Assembly: GCA_964631725.1 (NCBI GenBank)
Contig: CAZVYX010000018.1
Span: 28,679-92,678, forward strand
Direction: 5' to 3'
Length of the DNA stretch: 64,000 bases
DNA from: an uncultured Rhodospirillaceae bacterium
GTDB taxonomy: Bacteria; Pseudomonadota; Alphaproteobacteria; GCA-2731375
In this document: piece after piece, positions 35,444 through 47,151 of the stretch
Position numbering within the stretch: the stretch's first letter is position 1
Layout of the letters: every line of letters begins with the position of its first letter
Translations under genes and position numbers: made by a program
The notes under the pieces: generated by a model
Seen by the model: only the letters and a program-made list of their open reading frames with translations
Told to the model about the DNA's origin: nothing
Databases searched by the model: none

Positions 35444-37351
35444 ATGCTGAACGCCTTACGACAGAGTGCCGGGACCTGGGTCGTAAAGATATTTCTGGGC
35501 CTTTTGGTGCTCAGTTTCGCGGCCTGGGGTATTGGCGATATTTTCCGTCTGCAGCCCGATGCCGCCGTGGTCACGGTCGGCGATACCAAGATCACCGGCT
35601 ATCAGTTTCTCGACGATTTCAACCGGCAGGTCCGGCGCATGCAGCGCAGCCTGGGCCCGACCTTTGATACCCAGCAGGCGCGTCAGTTGGGCATGGTGGA
35701 ACAGGTACTGCAACAGTCCATCACCCGCGCCCTGTACGACCAGGAAGTGGCGGATCTGGAATTGACTATTTCGGATGCCGATATCGCCGCCTGGATCAAA
35801 CGTTCGTCCGCCTTCAAGGACAGCTTCGGGCGCTTCGACAAACTGCGCTTCGAACAGGTCCTCAGAGATAACGGCTTCAATGAACAAAGCTATATCATCG
35901 CCTCGCGCCGGGATCTTTCGCGGGAGCAACTGTTCACGTCCCTGATGTCCGGCACCCACGCGCCCGACCCCGTGGTCAAAACATTTTTCCAATATCAACA
36001 GGAAAACCGCGTTTTCGAGGTCCTGAGCCTGCCATACGACAAGGTAACCGGTATCGCCACACCGGCGGAAGCCGACCTGACCGCCTATCACGAGGCCCAT
36101 AAGGATCAATTCATGGCGCCGGAGTACCGTGCGCTGTCATACCTGACGCTGCGGCCCGAGGATCTGCTGGAAGAAACCCTGGCCAGCGAAGACGAAGTGG
36201 CGGAAGCTTACGAGGCCCGCTTGAACGAATTCACCACGCCGCCAAGCCGCGATGTGGAACAAATCGTCGCGGCGGACGAGGCCGCGGCAAACAAGATTGC
36301 CGGGCGGCTGAAGGACGGCGGCGATTTCTACATCGTCGCCAAGGAACTGGCCGATATGGACAAGGATTCGGTCAAGCTGGGCATGATGATAAAGGCCGAC
36401 CTGCCGGAAGAGGCCGCCGATGGGGTTTTTGCCCTGGCCTCCGGCCAGATCAGTGAGCCCATGGAAACCGGCCTGGGCTGGCACATCTTCCGCGTCCTGA
36501 AAATCACCGAGGGCGGCAGCAAGACCCTGGAAGACGTGCGTGAACAGTTGACCCGCGATGTCAAGCTGGAGAAAGCCGGCGAAGCGGTGTTTGAGCTGGC
36601 CAACAAGGTGGAAGACCAGTTGGCGGGCGGCGCGACGATCAGGGAAGTCGCGGAGGCGCTGAACTTGAACCATGGCGTTATCGCCGCCGTTGATTCCCGG
36701 GGCCGGGGCCGTGATGGTCAACCCGCCGCCGGCCTGCCAAAGGCGCCGGAGTTCATCCAGGAAGCCTTCAACGTGCAGCCCGGCGACGAGGGGCAATTGA
36801 AGGAATCCGGCGATGGCAGCTACTATCTGGTTCAGGTCGACAAGATATTCGAAACAGCCCTGAAACCCATCGCCGATGTCCGCGATGACGTGCGCAAGGC
36901 GGTGATGGCGGAACGCCGGGCCAAGACGGGCGCCGAACAGGCGGTCAAGCTGGCCGCCGCCGCCCGTAGCGGCAAGGCCCTGGCTTCGCTGGCCCAGACC
37001 GGTCTCAGCACCGTCGCCACCCTGGCGCCAATGACCCGGCAGCAGGCAGCGGGCGATGCGCAATTGAGCGCCGATCTGGTGAAGAAGCTGTACAGCCTCC
37101 GCGCCGGCGAGATCGCCAACGGCCCGGCCCTGAGCGGCAGCAGTCATTCCGTCGTGCGCCTGGTCAAGATCACCAAGGCCGAGGCAAGGGATGAACCGGA
37201 GCGGTTGAAGCAACTGGACGAGGCGATCCGGCAATCCATGTCCGAGGATGTCCTGGCCCAGTACCGCGCCGCATTGCAAAAAAAATACGATGTTGAAATT
37301 AACAACGGTATTATAGACTCGCTGTTTGACGAGTTGAACGTTCGTGGCTAG
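35444..37351 (+). CDS. ppiD: PpiD-like peptidyl-prolyl isomerase (SurA N-terminal domain)
   Basis: N-terminal TM (SFAAWGIGDIF), GRFD, PEYR, parvulin-like GWHIF; oriented away from tpiA. Confidence 0.9.
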   Translation: MLNALRQSAGTWVVKIFLGLLVLSFAAWGIGDIFRLQPDAAVVTVGDTKITGYQFLDDFNRQVRRMQRSLGPTFDTQQARQLGMVEQVLQQSITRALYDQEVADLELTISDADIAAWIKRSSAFKDSFGRFDKLRFEQVLRDNGFNEQSYIIASRRDLSREQLFTSLMSGTHAPDPVVKTFFQYQQENRVFEVLSLPYDKVTGIATPAEADLTAYHEAHKDQFMAPEYRALSYLTLRPEDLLEETLASEDEVAEAYEARLNEFTTPPSRDVEQIVAADEAAANKIAGRLKDGGDFYIVAKELADMDKDSVKLGMMIKADLPEEAADGVFALASGQISEPMETGLGWHIFRVLKITEGGSKTLEDVREQLTRDVKLEKAGEAVFELANKVEDQLAGGATIREVAEALNLNHGVIAAVDSRGRGRDGQPAAGLPKAPEFIQEAFNVQPGDEGQLKESGDGSYYLVQVDKIFETALKPIADVRDDVRKAVMAERRAKTGAEQAVKLAAAARSGKALASLAQTGLSTVATLAPMTRQQAAGDAQLSADLVKKLYSLRAGEIANGPALSGSSHSVVRLVKITKAEARDEPERLKQLDEAIRQSMSEDVLAQYRAALQKKYDVEINNGIIDSLFDELNVRG

Positions 37352-37444
37352 AGCAACCCGCATTCAATTGAATGCGGATAAATTGCTCTTTACTGAAGGG
37401 TTTAGCGCATGGGTATGGGTTCGGTTAAACCCGACATGCGCTAG
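37348..37444. repeat. 97-bp double-hairpin palindromic element, RIME/BRU-RS-like
   Basis: CTAG at both ends; AGAGCAA/TTGCTCT enclosing a perfect 20-bp palindrome (37358-37377); TAGCGCATG/CATGCGCTA second stem. Confidence 0.7.
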
Positions 37445-37499
37445 TACCGGCCAAGGTTGGCCGGAAGGGTTATTTGCTCACCTGCAGAAATGAGGTGTC

Positions 37500-38288
37500 A
37501 TGCGACCTGACGTCATTGATTTACGGGAATTTTACCGCAGCCGCCTGGGCCAGGTAGCCCGCAAGCTGCTGCGCCGGCGCATTCGCCAGCTATGGCCCGA
37601 CGTGACCGGCATGGACATGCTGGCCCTGGGTTACCCTTCCCCTTACCTGCGGCAGTTTCAGGCGGAAGCCGGACGCGTCCTGACGTTCATGCCGGCCCAG
37701 CAGGGTGTGCACCGCTGGCCGATCCAGGAGCGCAACCAGGTCGCCCTGGTCGATGAAATGGAACTGCCCCTGCCCGATGCCAGCGTCGATCGGGTGCTCT
37801 TGGTGCATGCCCTGGAAAATGCCGAACAGGTGACCCCATTGATGCGGGAGGTCTGGCGCGTCCTGGCCTCGGGCGGGCGCCTGATGGTGGTGGTGCCAAA
37901 CCGGCGCGGCATCTGGGCCCGCCTGGAGCGCACACCCTTTGGCCAGGGTCATCCCTACAGTCCCGGCCAGCTTTCACGTCTGCTGCGCGATAATCTGTTT
38001 CAGCCCAGCGAGCGCGCCTCGGCCCTATACATGCCGCCCGTGAGCTCCGGCATGCTGTTGCGTACCGCGGGCGCCTGGGAGAAGCTTGGGCAGCGTTGGG
38101 GCCACGCCTTCGCCGGTGTCCTGCTGATGGAGGCGGACAAACAAATCTATGCGGTTTCCGCCAAACCGCGCCGCCGGCGCCGGCCCATTGCCGTGGCCTT
38201 GCCGGCGCCACCAGCGGGCGCCGCCGGTGCCGCCGGCTCGGTTGTCTTGACCATGGACAGGCATCGTGCAAATTTGGACGAAGACTAG
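37500..38288 (+). CDS. Class I SAM-dependent methyltransferase (type 11)
   Basis: DVIDLREFY, LGYPSPYL, LPLPDASVDR, VPNRRGIW, TPFGQG. Confidence 0.88.
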   Translation: MRPDVIDLREFYRSRLGQVARKLLRRRIRQLWPDVTGMDMLALGYPSPYLRQFQAEAGRVLTFMPAQQGVHRWPIQERNQVALVDEMELPLPDASVDRVLLVHALENAEQVTPLMREVWRVLASGGRLMVVVPNRRGIWARLERTPFGQGHPYSPGQLSRLLRDNLFQPSERASALYMPPVSSGMLLRTAGAWEKLGQRWGHAFAGVLLMEADKQIYAVSAKPRRRRRPIAVALPAPPAGAAGAAGSVVLTMDRHRANLDED

Positions 38289-38328
38289 ATTTTTGGCGCA
38301 CAAACCAATGGCGCCAGGGAGATAACCA

Positions 38329-39129
38329 ATGCGAAAACTGCTTTTCGCTGTTGTGACATTGCCAATCATGGCGGCGCTTGCGCCGGCATATGGGGCGCCA
38401 CAGATGATGGGCCTGGTCGCCTCCAACGCGGCGCAGCCGATACAATGCCAGCGGGGCGATTGCTTTGCCGAATTCACCGCATTTTGTCTGCAGCCCGAGC
38501 GCGCCTCGCCGGTGCAGGGCACGGCTTATCGCATGCACGACGAGAACCGATTGACGGCCATGGCAACGACCAAGGATGGCCGCCAAATCAAGCTGAACGT
38601 CGAACGCCATTTGCAGATCAAGGCGGAGCGCAGCCATGTCGCGGTGCGCATCGGTATGTCGGCACGGGATATGGCGCGTCTTGGCCTGCGCCAGGTGCAT
38701 ATCAGAGTGGCCCGCAATGCCACTCTGGTGCCCATCACCATGCAGGACGACGCCTCGCCGCTACAACCGGACGAGATTGCCGCCGGCGCCGGACCGATGC
38801 GGGAGTTCGGCGCCAAGCACGTGGATCGGGAACAGCACTGGATGCCCGTCGCACGCCTTGCCAACCAGATGATCAATGCCCTGCCCCCCGGCGGCCGCGC
38901 CTCGGATCAACAGCGGCAAAATCTATGGGACAGGGTTATCGGCGCCGACGATCTGGCCGGCGCGCCGGCGGGCACGAAGGAGCGGTTGCGCACCGTGCAT
39001 GACCAATGCCAGGAGGCCGTCGCCATGGGTCGCCTGTCCAGTCTGCGCCGGTGTCTGGAGAGCAAGCACGACAGCATGGTCGGCACCCTGAACAACCGCT
39101 ATTGGCACGCCATCAAGACCGGCAGCTAG
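38329..39129 (+). CDS. Secreted Cys-containing hypothetical protein
   Basis: Signal peptide, GGGAG RBS, CQRGDC..FCLQPER and a C-terminal Cys pair. Confidence 0.7.
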   Translation: MRKLLFAVVTLPIMAALAPAYGAPQMMGLVASNAAQPIQCQRGDCFAEFTAFCLQPERASPVQGTAYRMHDENRLTAMATTKDGRQIKLNVERHLQIKAERSHVAVRIGMSARDMARLGLRQVHIRVARNATLVPITMQDDASPLQPDEIAAGAGPMREFGAKHVDREQHWMPVARLANQMINALPPGGRASDQQRQNLWDRVIGADDLAGAPAGTKERLRTVHDQCQEAVAMGRLSSLRRCLESKHDSMVGTLNNRYWHAIKTGS

Positions 39130-39136
39130 CCAGGTT

Positions 39137-39316
39137 TCAGTCCGTCCTGGTCGGCCGGGGCAGCAACTGGCCGCCGCAGTTCGGGCAGATCCCCCGCATT
39201 TCAGTGCCGCATGGTTGGCAGAACGTGCATTCATAGGAACAGATTAGGGCCTCCCCGCTGTCCACCGGCAATGCCGCCTGGCAGCGCTCGCATTCGCCAC
39301 GCATTTCCAACGCCAA
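39137..39316 (-). CDS. DUF1272 family small Cys-rich protein
   Basis: LEMRGECERC...ICSYECTFCQPC...CPNCGG; TTG start after GGGGAG. Confidence 0.85.
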   Translation of the reverse strand: MALEMRGECERCQAALPVDSGEALICSYECTFCQPCGTEMRGICPNCGGQLLPRPTRTD

Positions 39317-39425
39317 TTTTTCTCTCCCCAATTTCGACCGTCATCCCTGCCATAGCATAAGGCGTGACGATAATTGTGCGATAGTCTGGCATTCGTATTG
39401 CAACAATATTGATGGGTTGGACACA

Positions 39426-40514
39426 ATGGATACTCCGACACCGACAACACGCTATTGGGCCGACGATCTGCGCCACTGCACGGCGGAACTGTTCGGGCGG
39501 GCCGGCCTGGACGGCCCCATCGCGGTGGCCGTGGCGGAGATATTGGTGATGGCGGACTTGCTTGGCTATGACACCCACGGCCTGCAATTCGTCCCGGCCT
39601 ATTTGGCGGATGTTGAAGCCGGACGCACCACGAGGGGCGGTGAGCCGGGCATTCTGAAAGACAGCGGCGGCGCGCTGCTGCTGGATGGCCGGATGTTGCC
39701 GGGACAATGGGTGGTCCTGCGTGCGCTGGCCCTGGGCCAACAGAGGATCGCCGAGCAGGCAATGGTTTCCATCGCCATTCGCCGCAGCCAGAACATTTCC
39801 TGCCTGGCGACCTACGTAAAGCGTGCCGCCGACGATGGCCTGTTGGCATTGCTGACAACATCGTCACCGACCAACGCCGTCGTCGCACCCCATGGCGGGC
39901 GTTCACCGCGCCTGTCCACCAATCCGATTGCCATCGGCATTCCCACCGACGGTGCGCCGATCCTGATCGATACCAGTGCCTCCGCCACCACCAACCGGCG
40001 CATTGAACGGGCCCGCCGCGGCGGAGAACGATTGCCCGGCCCCTGGCTGGTGGACAACAGCGGCCATGTCAGCGATGACCCGGAGGTGATTTACAACGAC
40101 CCGCCCGGCGCCATTCTGCCCGCCGGCGGCCTGGACATGGGACACAAGGGCTTTGCTCTGGCGCTGTTCGTCGAGGCTTTGACGTCCGGCCTTGCCGGCA
40201 ATGGCCGTGCCGACACGGCGGATGACGGCGAGGGCAAGGCTCCGGCGGGCAGTAACGTATTCCTGCAATTGATCGACCCGGCGGCCTTTGGCGGCATTGA
40301 TGCCTTTCGCCACGAGACCGGTTTTCTGGCCGAATTATGCCGTGGCGCGGCACCGCTTGCCGACGGCCCCGAGGTGCGCATCCCAGGTGATCGCGCCCAT
40401 CAGGCACTGTCGAGGCAGCAGGCATCCGGCGTGGCCCTGCACCCCGAAATCATGCAGCGCATGCGGCCCTGCCTGGAGAAATACGATGTCGACCCGCCGA
40501 AGGCAGTGGCTTGA
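39426..40514 (+). CDS. Ldh-2 (malate/L-lactate dehydrogenase-like) family oxidoreductase
   Basis: ADLLGYDTHG, TNPIAIGIP, GHKGFAL, VRIPGDR. Confidence 0.9.
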   Translation: MDTPTPTTRYWADDLRHCTAELFGRAGLDGPIAVAVAEILVMADLLGYDTHGLQFVPAYLADVEAGRTTRGGEPGILKDSGGALLLDGRMLPGQWVVLRALALGQQRIAEQAMVSIAIRRSQNISCLATYVKRAADDGLLALLTTSSPTNAVVAPHGGRSPRLSTNPIAIGIPTDGAPILIDTSASATTNRRIERARRGGERLPGPWLVDNSGHVSDDPEVIYNDPPGAILPAGGLDMGHKGFALALFVEALTSGLAGNGRADTADDGEGKAPAGSNVFLQLIDPAAFGGIDAFRHETGFLAELCRGAAPLADGPEVRIPGDRAHQALSRQQASGVALHPEIMQRMRPCLEKYDVDPPKAVA

Positions 40515-40550
40515 AACTAGTCCAACAGCAATGAAGAGGCCGATATTTCC

Positions 40551-41039
40551 TAGTGGGTCGAGCGAGACGAAAGAGTCCGATTATGGATGCCCGCGCGCTC
40601 GGCTCTGTGCGAGTCTACGGACATGCGAACAGGTGTCAGCTTCAGCGTCTCGTCCAGCGACCGCCAACGATTGGAAGCGGTCGTCGCGGATCGCAACAGC
40701 CCCCAGAAACATGTCTGGCGGGCGCAGATCATTATTCTGAGGGGCGACGGGCTTGGCACATCCGCGATTATGGCCGAGACGGTCAAGTCCAAGACCTGCG
40801 TCTGGCGATGGCAGGAGCGGTTCATCGAGGAAGGCGTCGCGGGGTTCTTCGCGAAGCTGACCCGGCGCCGCCTGTAGCGCGTCGTATTCCATTCCCTCGT
40901 CGACCTGCGGGCCGCCATCAATCGCTTCATCACGGAACACAACGCGACCAAGGCCAAGCCTTTCCACTGGACCGCCGACCCAGACCAGATCATCGCTGCC
41001 CGAAACCGTAGGTTCCAGACGTTGGCGTCGGACCGTTAG
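40551..41039 (+). mobile_element. Internally deleted, degenerate IS630-family element
   Basis: TAG-delimited ends with weak inverted similarity; ORF from 40623 carries the IS630 N-terminal HTH (QKHVWRAQII, KTCVWRWQERF) fused to the C-terminus (FFAKLTRRRL*..AAINRFI..PFHWT). Confidence 0.85.
40623..41039 (+). pseudogene. IS630 transposase pseudogene (DDE core missing, internal TAG at 40875-40877)
   Basis: Manual translation through the stop stays in frame to TAG 41037-41039. Confidence 0.85.
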
Positions 41040-41086
41040 GTCGATCAAAGTCTGACTGAAATCCTCAGATGACGGCTCTGAGCCCG

Positions 41087-41596
41087 TTACAGATGTCCCG
41101 GAACATGCCGATAGACCAGATCACCTGGGTCCTGCGGGCGCGCATGCTCGTCAAGCGTGGCGCCGAGGCGTTCTGCGAGACGGATCGAGCGCGCGTTGTC
41201 TGGACCGATGTAACTCACCAGTGTCTCCAGTTTGCGCAACTGAAAAGCCCAGTCGCGCATCGCGTTAGCGGCTTCGAATGCGTACCCCTTGCCTTCGGCC
41301 TCAATGACTAGCTGCCATCCGAGTTCCGGCTCCGGGAAACGTGGCCCTTGATTGATCTCAATTTGCCCAATGCATTGTTTGGCCTCTCGAAGCTCGATTG
41401 ACAGATTGCCGACGCCAAAAAGCTGCCATAGCGCGATCCCATGGCAAAAGGCGCCCCACGCGTACGCGATTGAAAACGGTCCGCCCATGTGCTCAGCGCG
41501 ATCTGATGTCATCACCTCAGCGAAACTGGGCCAGTCTGCGAGTACGGGCTCCCGCAGGAGAAGACGATCGGTCTCGATGATTGGGGCGATCTTCAT
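41087..41596 (-). CDS. GNAT (RimJ/RimL-like) N-acetyltransferase
   Basis: IETDRLLLR, PELGW, EGKGYAFEAA, NARSIRLAERLG. Confidence 0.9.
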   Translation of the reverse strand: MKIAPIIETDRLLLREPVLADWPSFAEVMTSDRAEHMGGPFSIAYAWGAFCHGIALWQLFGVGNLSIELREAKQCIGQIEINQGPRFPEPELGWQLVIEAEGKGYAFEAANAMRDWAFQLRKLETLVSYIGPDNARSIRLAERLGATLDEHARPQDPGDLVYRHVPGHL

Positions 41597-41737
41597 GACA
41601 ACCAATCCGTTCAGGCGTGCACAAACCTATCTGCCAGCGCATCCCCATCATGACCAGTCGCTTTGTCCGCTGAGCGGACCTATGCAGACCGCCGAAATCG
41701 GCCGGGCACAAGGGTCCCAAGCGCCTGATTCATGCCA

Positions 41738-43099
41738 CTAGAAACGCACGGAGGCGCCGACCGAAGCAGCCCAATTGTTATAGCTATAGTTCAGGAAATT
41801 CGATCCGACCGAGGTGCGTGACACCGTTGAGATCACCGACCAGGACTTCTTGATCGGTATGGACGTCAACAATGACGCGCGATATTCCCGGTCCCGGCGC
41901 TTCTTGAAGGTATCGATGGATGAATCGGGCGCGTGATACCGGCTGGACACTGCCGTTCCGGACAATGACGTGGTCCAGGGGCCGGTATCAATGAACCTGT
42001 CGACATATTTCGGCGGGGCATGCCGTAGGTTGGCGCCCAGGCCAAGGGAGTACTCCGTGTTGGCATGCAGACTGTCGTCCGTATCCAAATTGGTGAACCC
42101 GGCTGTCCCCGTCAACATCAGGGAATCGTTGATTTGAAAGCGCAGATTGGCCTCGACCTCCATCTCGGCACCGTTTTGTAGACGCGCTGTCGTACGCCCG
42201 GCGTCGGCACGGTACGATTTTTGCACATACGAGGCGGAAATGGAGCCGTTGGCTATCGCCGTGAGTTGCTTATCCATATCCACACCGGCGCCGTAGGTAT
42301 AGTAATAGGGCGATTCATCAAGATTGACCATCGACCCGACAATATGCGGCCGCCACGAGGCGTTCTCGATATACTCGCGCATGAACTGGCCACGCGGACC
42401 CACTGTGATTTCGCTAAAGACTAGGTCCAGTTGATGTTGGTTCGTCTGCCTTGAAATATACACCAGCAAGTCGGTTTCCATCACGTCGCCGCTATGGGAC
42501 TGGGGATCGTAAACATGGCGGAAATTAGTTGAAACGAAGGCGTTCCAATCGACCTTGGCGGTAAATTCGCCATCCAGGACCGCTTCGGCATCAAGCAGAC
42601 GGATCGCCGCCCTTTCGGGCCCGGAATTGGCGTTGGTCTGATAGCGCATGCCGCCATAAACCGAACCGGAAAACCGATGGTTGGACAACCGGTTGTCGAT
42701 TTCATCAAGGAACACGGCGACCCGGGCGCGCACATCGTCAGGCACGTTCTCACCTTCAACGGCGCGGGTCAGGTAGCTGCGCGCAATAGCGAAGGAACCC
42801 AGCCGAAAATACAAGACGCCCAACTCCAGTCGGACCCGGGGCAAATCCGGATTGTACAGCAACATCCGCTCAAGCGCCGTAATCGCGGCTTCATAGTCGC
42901 CAACCTGAATGCCCAGTTCGGCATATTTGAATGATTTGTCCAGGTTGGCGGGATCCTGAAGCATATGCTCGAAGGCTTGCTCAAACTGCTGTTGCAAATC
43001 GCCTGTCGCTTGCGCGCGCACGCCAGCCGTTGGCGACAACAAAATCACCGCCAATCCCAACACCATGGCCGTACATCGCACGGCGCCAATCTTGAACAT
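41738..43099 (-). CDS. TPR-containing predicted outer-membrane beta-barrel protein (Slam-like architecture)
   Basis: Signal peptide, TPR (AITALERML..PRVRLELGVLYF), alternating beta-strand C-terminal half, terminal Phe. Confidence 0.72.
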   Translation of the reverse strand: MFKIGAVRCTAMVLGLAVILLSPTAGVRAQATGDLQQQFEQAFEHMLQDPANLDKSFKYAELGIQVGDYEAAITALERMLLYNPDLPRVRLELGVLYFRLGSFAIARSYLTRAVEGENVPDDVRARVAVFLDEIDNRLSNHRFSGSVYGGMRYQTNANSGPERAAIRLLDAEAVLDGEFTAKVDWNAFVSTNFRHVYDPQSHSGDVMETDLLVYISRQTNQHQLDLVFSEITVGPRGQFMREYIENASWRPHIVGSMVNLDESPYYYTYGAGVDMDKQLTAIANGSISASYVQKSYRADAGRTTARLQNGAEMEVEANLRFQINDSLMLTGTAGFTNLDTDDSLHANTEYSLGLGANLRHAPPKYVDRFIDTGPWTTSLSGTAVSSRYHAPDSSIDTFKKRRDREYRASLLTSIPIKKSWSVISTVSRTSVGSNFLNYSYNNWAASVGASVRF

Positions 43100-43307
43100 A
43101 CCACTCCCCAGGCTAGGACAAACTCCACCAATGCCGAAATCCTAGTGAATTCGAAAGGCGGTGCAAGAAAATTTTATGCATAATTATTAATGATTTGGTA
43201 GGTATTCCTTATGCGCTGACGCTGGATCGTCCAATCCTGGGTCAAGAAATATTCATCTTGTCCAAATTGCACGAATAGCCGGTTGAGACGAGCATGGGTG
43301 GTCGAAA

Positions 43308-43336
43308 TTGACGTTTACGTCAACGTAAAGTACTGT
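43308..43336 (+). promoter_or_regulatory. sigma70 promoter overlapped by two LiuR-type boxes
   Basis: TTGACG-N17-TACTGT; palindromes TTGACGT-TT-ACGTCAA (43308-43323) and TTTACGT-CA-ACGTAAA (43314-43329). Confidence 0.8.
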
Positions 43337-43375
43337 GTGCGCCATCCTGACAACCACCGCAAAAGGCGCGCAAAA

Positions 43376-43789
43376 ATGCCGGGTTCAAATACCGCGGAAC
43401 CCACCGCCGAAGCGACCTACACAATAAGCGAACTCGCCGCCGAATTTGGCATCACGGCGCGGGCTATCCGTTTTTATGAAGACAAGAAATTGTTGCAGCC
43501 GGAGCGCAACGGCCTAAACCGGATATTCGATCGCCGTGACCGTGGCCGCCTGCAGTTGATCTTGCGCGGCAAGCGGGTCGGCTTTTCCCTGTCCGATATC
43601 AGCGAAATGCTGGACCTCTACGACCCCAACGGCGAGGGCCGGGAGCAGCTGGAACTGACGCTGGCAAAAAGCAGCGAACGCCTTAAAGTATTGCAACAAC
43701 AGCGCCGGGACATTGACGAGGTGATCGATGAATTGCGGGATAACTGCAATCAAATCAGCGCCTTACTTAAGGCCCGCGACGGCGCATAG
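43376..43789 (+). CDS. liuR: MerR-family regulator, LiuR-like
   Basis: YTISELAAEFGITARAIRFYED, LILRGKRVGFSL; LiuR box upstream. Confidence 0.85.
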   Translation: MPGSNTAEPTAEATYTISELAAEFGITARAIRFYEDKKLLQPERNGLNRIFDRRDRGRLQLILRGKRVGFSLSDISEMLDLYDPNGEGREQLELTLAKSSERLKVLQQQRRDIDEVIDELRDNCNQISALLKARDGA

Positions 43790-45937
<2,148 letters not shown>

Positions 45938-45959
45938 TTTACCGAGTTAGGAAGCGATA

Positions 45960-47102
45960 ATGACTGCGATCGAGCGAACCCTATTTGATTCCGACCACGA
46001 GATCTTCCGCGACACCGTGCGCCGCTTTGTCGAGGACGAAATCGCGCCCTTTCATGCGCAATGGGAAAAAGATGGCAAGATCAGCCGCGAAGCCTGGCTG
46101 AAAGCCGGAGAATTGGGCCTGCTCTGCGCCTCCATGCCCGAGGAATATGGCGGCGGCGGCGTGGAACGGACCTATAGCGTTATCCTGCTGGAGGAACTGG
46201 CCCGCGCCGGCGCCACCGGTCCCGGTTTCGGCCTGCATTCGGAAATCGTCGCGCCGTACATCAACAGCTATGGCTCGGAAGAGCAGAAACGGAAGTTCCT
46301 GCCGAAAATGGCCAAGGGCGAGATGATCGGCGCCATCGCCATGACCGAGCCCGGCACGGGCAGCGATCTGCAGGGCGTGCGCACCACCGCCATCAAGGAT
46401 GGCAACGAACTGGTCATCAATGGCGCCAAGACCTTCATCACCAATGGCGAGATGTCCGATGTGGTGATCGTGGTCGTCAAGACCGATCCCGACGCGGGCG
46501 CCAAGGGTATTTCCCTTGTTCTGGTCGAGGCGGATAGGGAAGGTTTCCGCAAGGGCCGTAACCTGGAAAAAATCGGCCTGAAGGCCCAGGACACATCTGA
46601 ATTATTCTTCGACGATGTCCGCGTGCCCATGACCAATCTGCTGGGCGAGGAAGGCAAGGGCTTCATCTATTTGATGCAGGAACTGGCCTGGGAGCGCTTG
46701 CAGCTTTCCATCTCCGCCGTTGCCAATACCGAAGCGGCGGTGGAGTGGACCATCGACTACACCAAGCAACGGGAAGCCTTCGGCCAGCCGATCATGGATT
46801 TCCAGAACACCCGCTTCAAATTGGCCGAGGTGAAGACCCAGGCCACCGTGGCGCGGGCCTTCGTGGACAAGCTGATCGCCCTGATGCTGGAGGACAAGCT
46901 GGATGCGGAAACCGCGGCGATGGCAAAGTGGTGGACCTCCGACACCCAGTGCAAGGTGATCGATGAATGCCTGCAACTGCACGGCGGCTATGGCTATATG
47001 TGGGAATTCCCTATTGCGCGGGCCTGGGCCGATGCCCGTATCCAACGCATCTATGCCGGCACCAACGAAATCATGAAGGAAATTATTGGCCGGAGTTTGT
47101 AG
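45960..47102 (+). CDS. Acyl-CoA dehydrogenase (long-chain type)
   Basis: AMTEPGTGSD, KTFITNG, QLHGGYGY, IYAGTNEIM. Confidence 0.96.
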   Translation: MTAIERTLFDSDHEIFRDTVRRFVEDEIAPFHAQWEKDGKISREAWLKAGELGLLCASMPEEYGGGGVERTYSVILLEELARAGATGPGFGLHSEIVAPYINSYGSEEQKRKFLPKMAKGEMIGAIAMTEPGTGSDLQGVRTTAIKDGNELVINGAKTFITNGEMSDVVIVVVKTDPDAGAKGISLVLVEADREGFRKGRNLEKIGLKAQDTSELFFDDVRVPMTNLLGEEGKGFIYLMQELAWERLQLSISAVANTEAAVEWTIDYTKQREAFGQPIMDFQNTRFKLAEVKTQATVARAFVDKLIALMLEDKLDAETAAMAKWWTSDTQCKVIDECLQLHGGYGYMWEFPIARAWADARIQRIYAGTNEIMKEIIGRSL

Positions 47103-47151
47103 GGCCTGTATGTTCCGCCTTCGATTTTCAACAACCGGCATGTAAGCAGCG

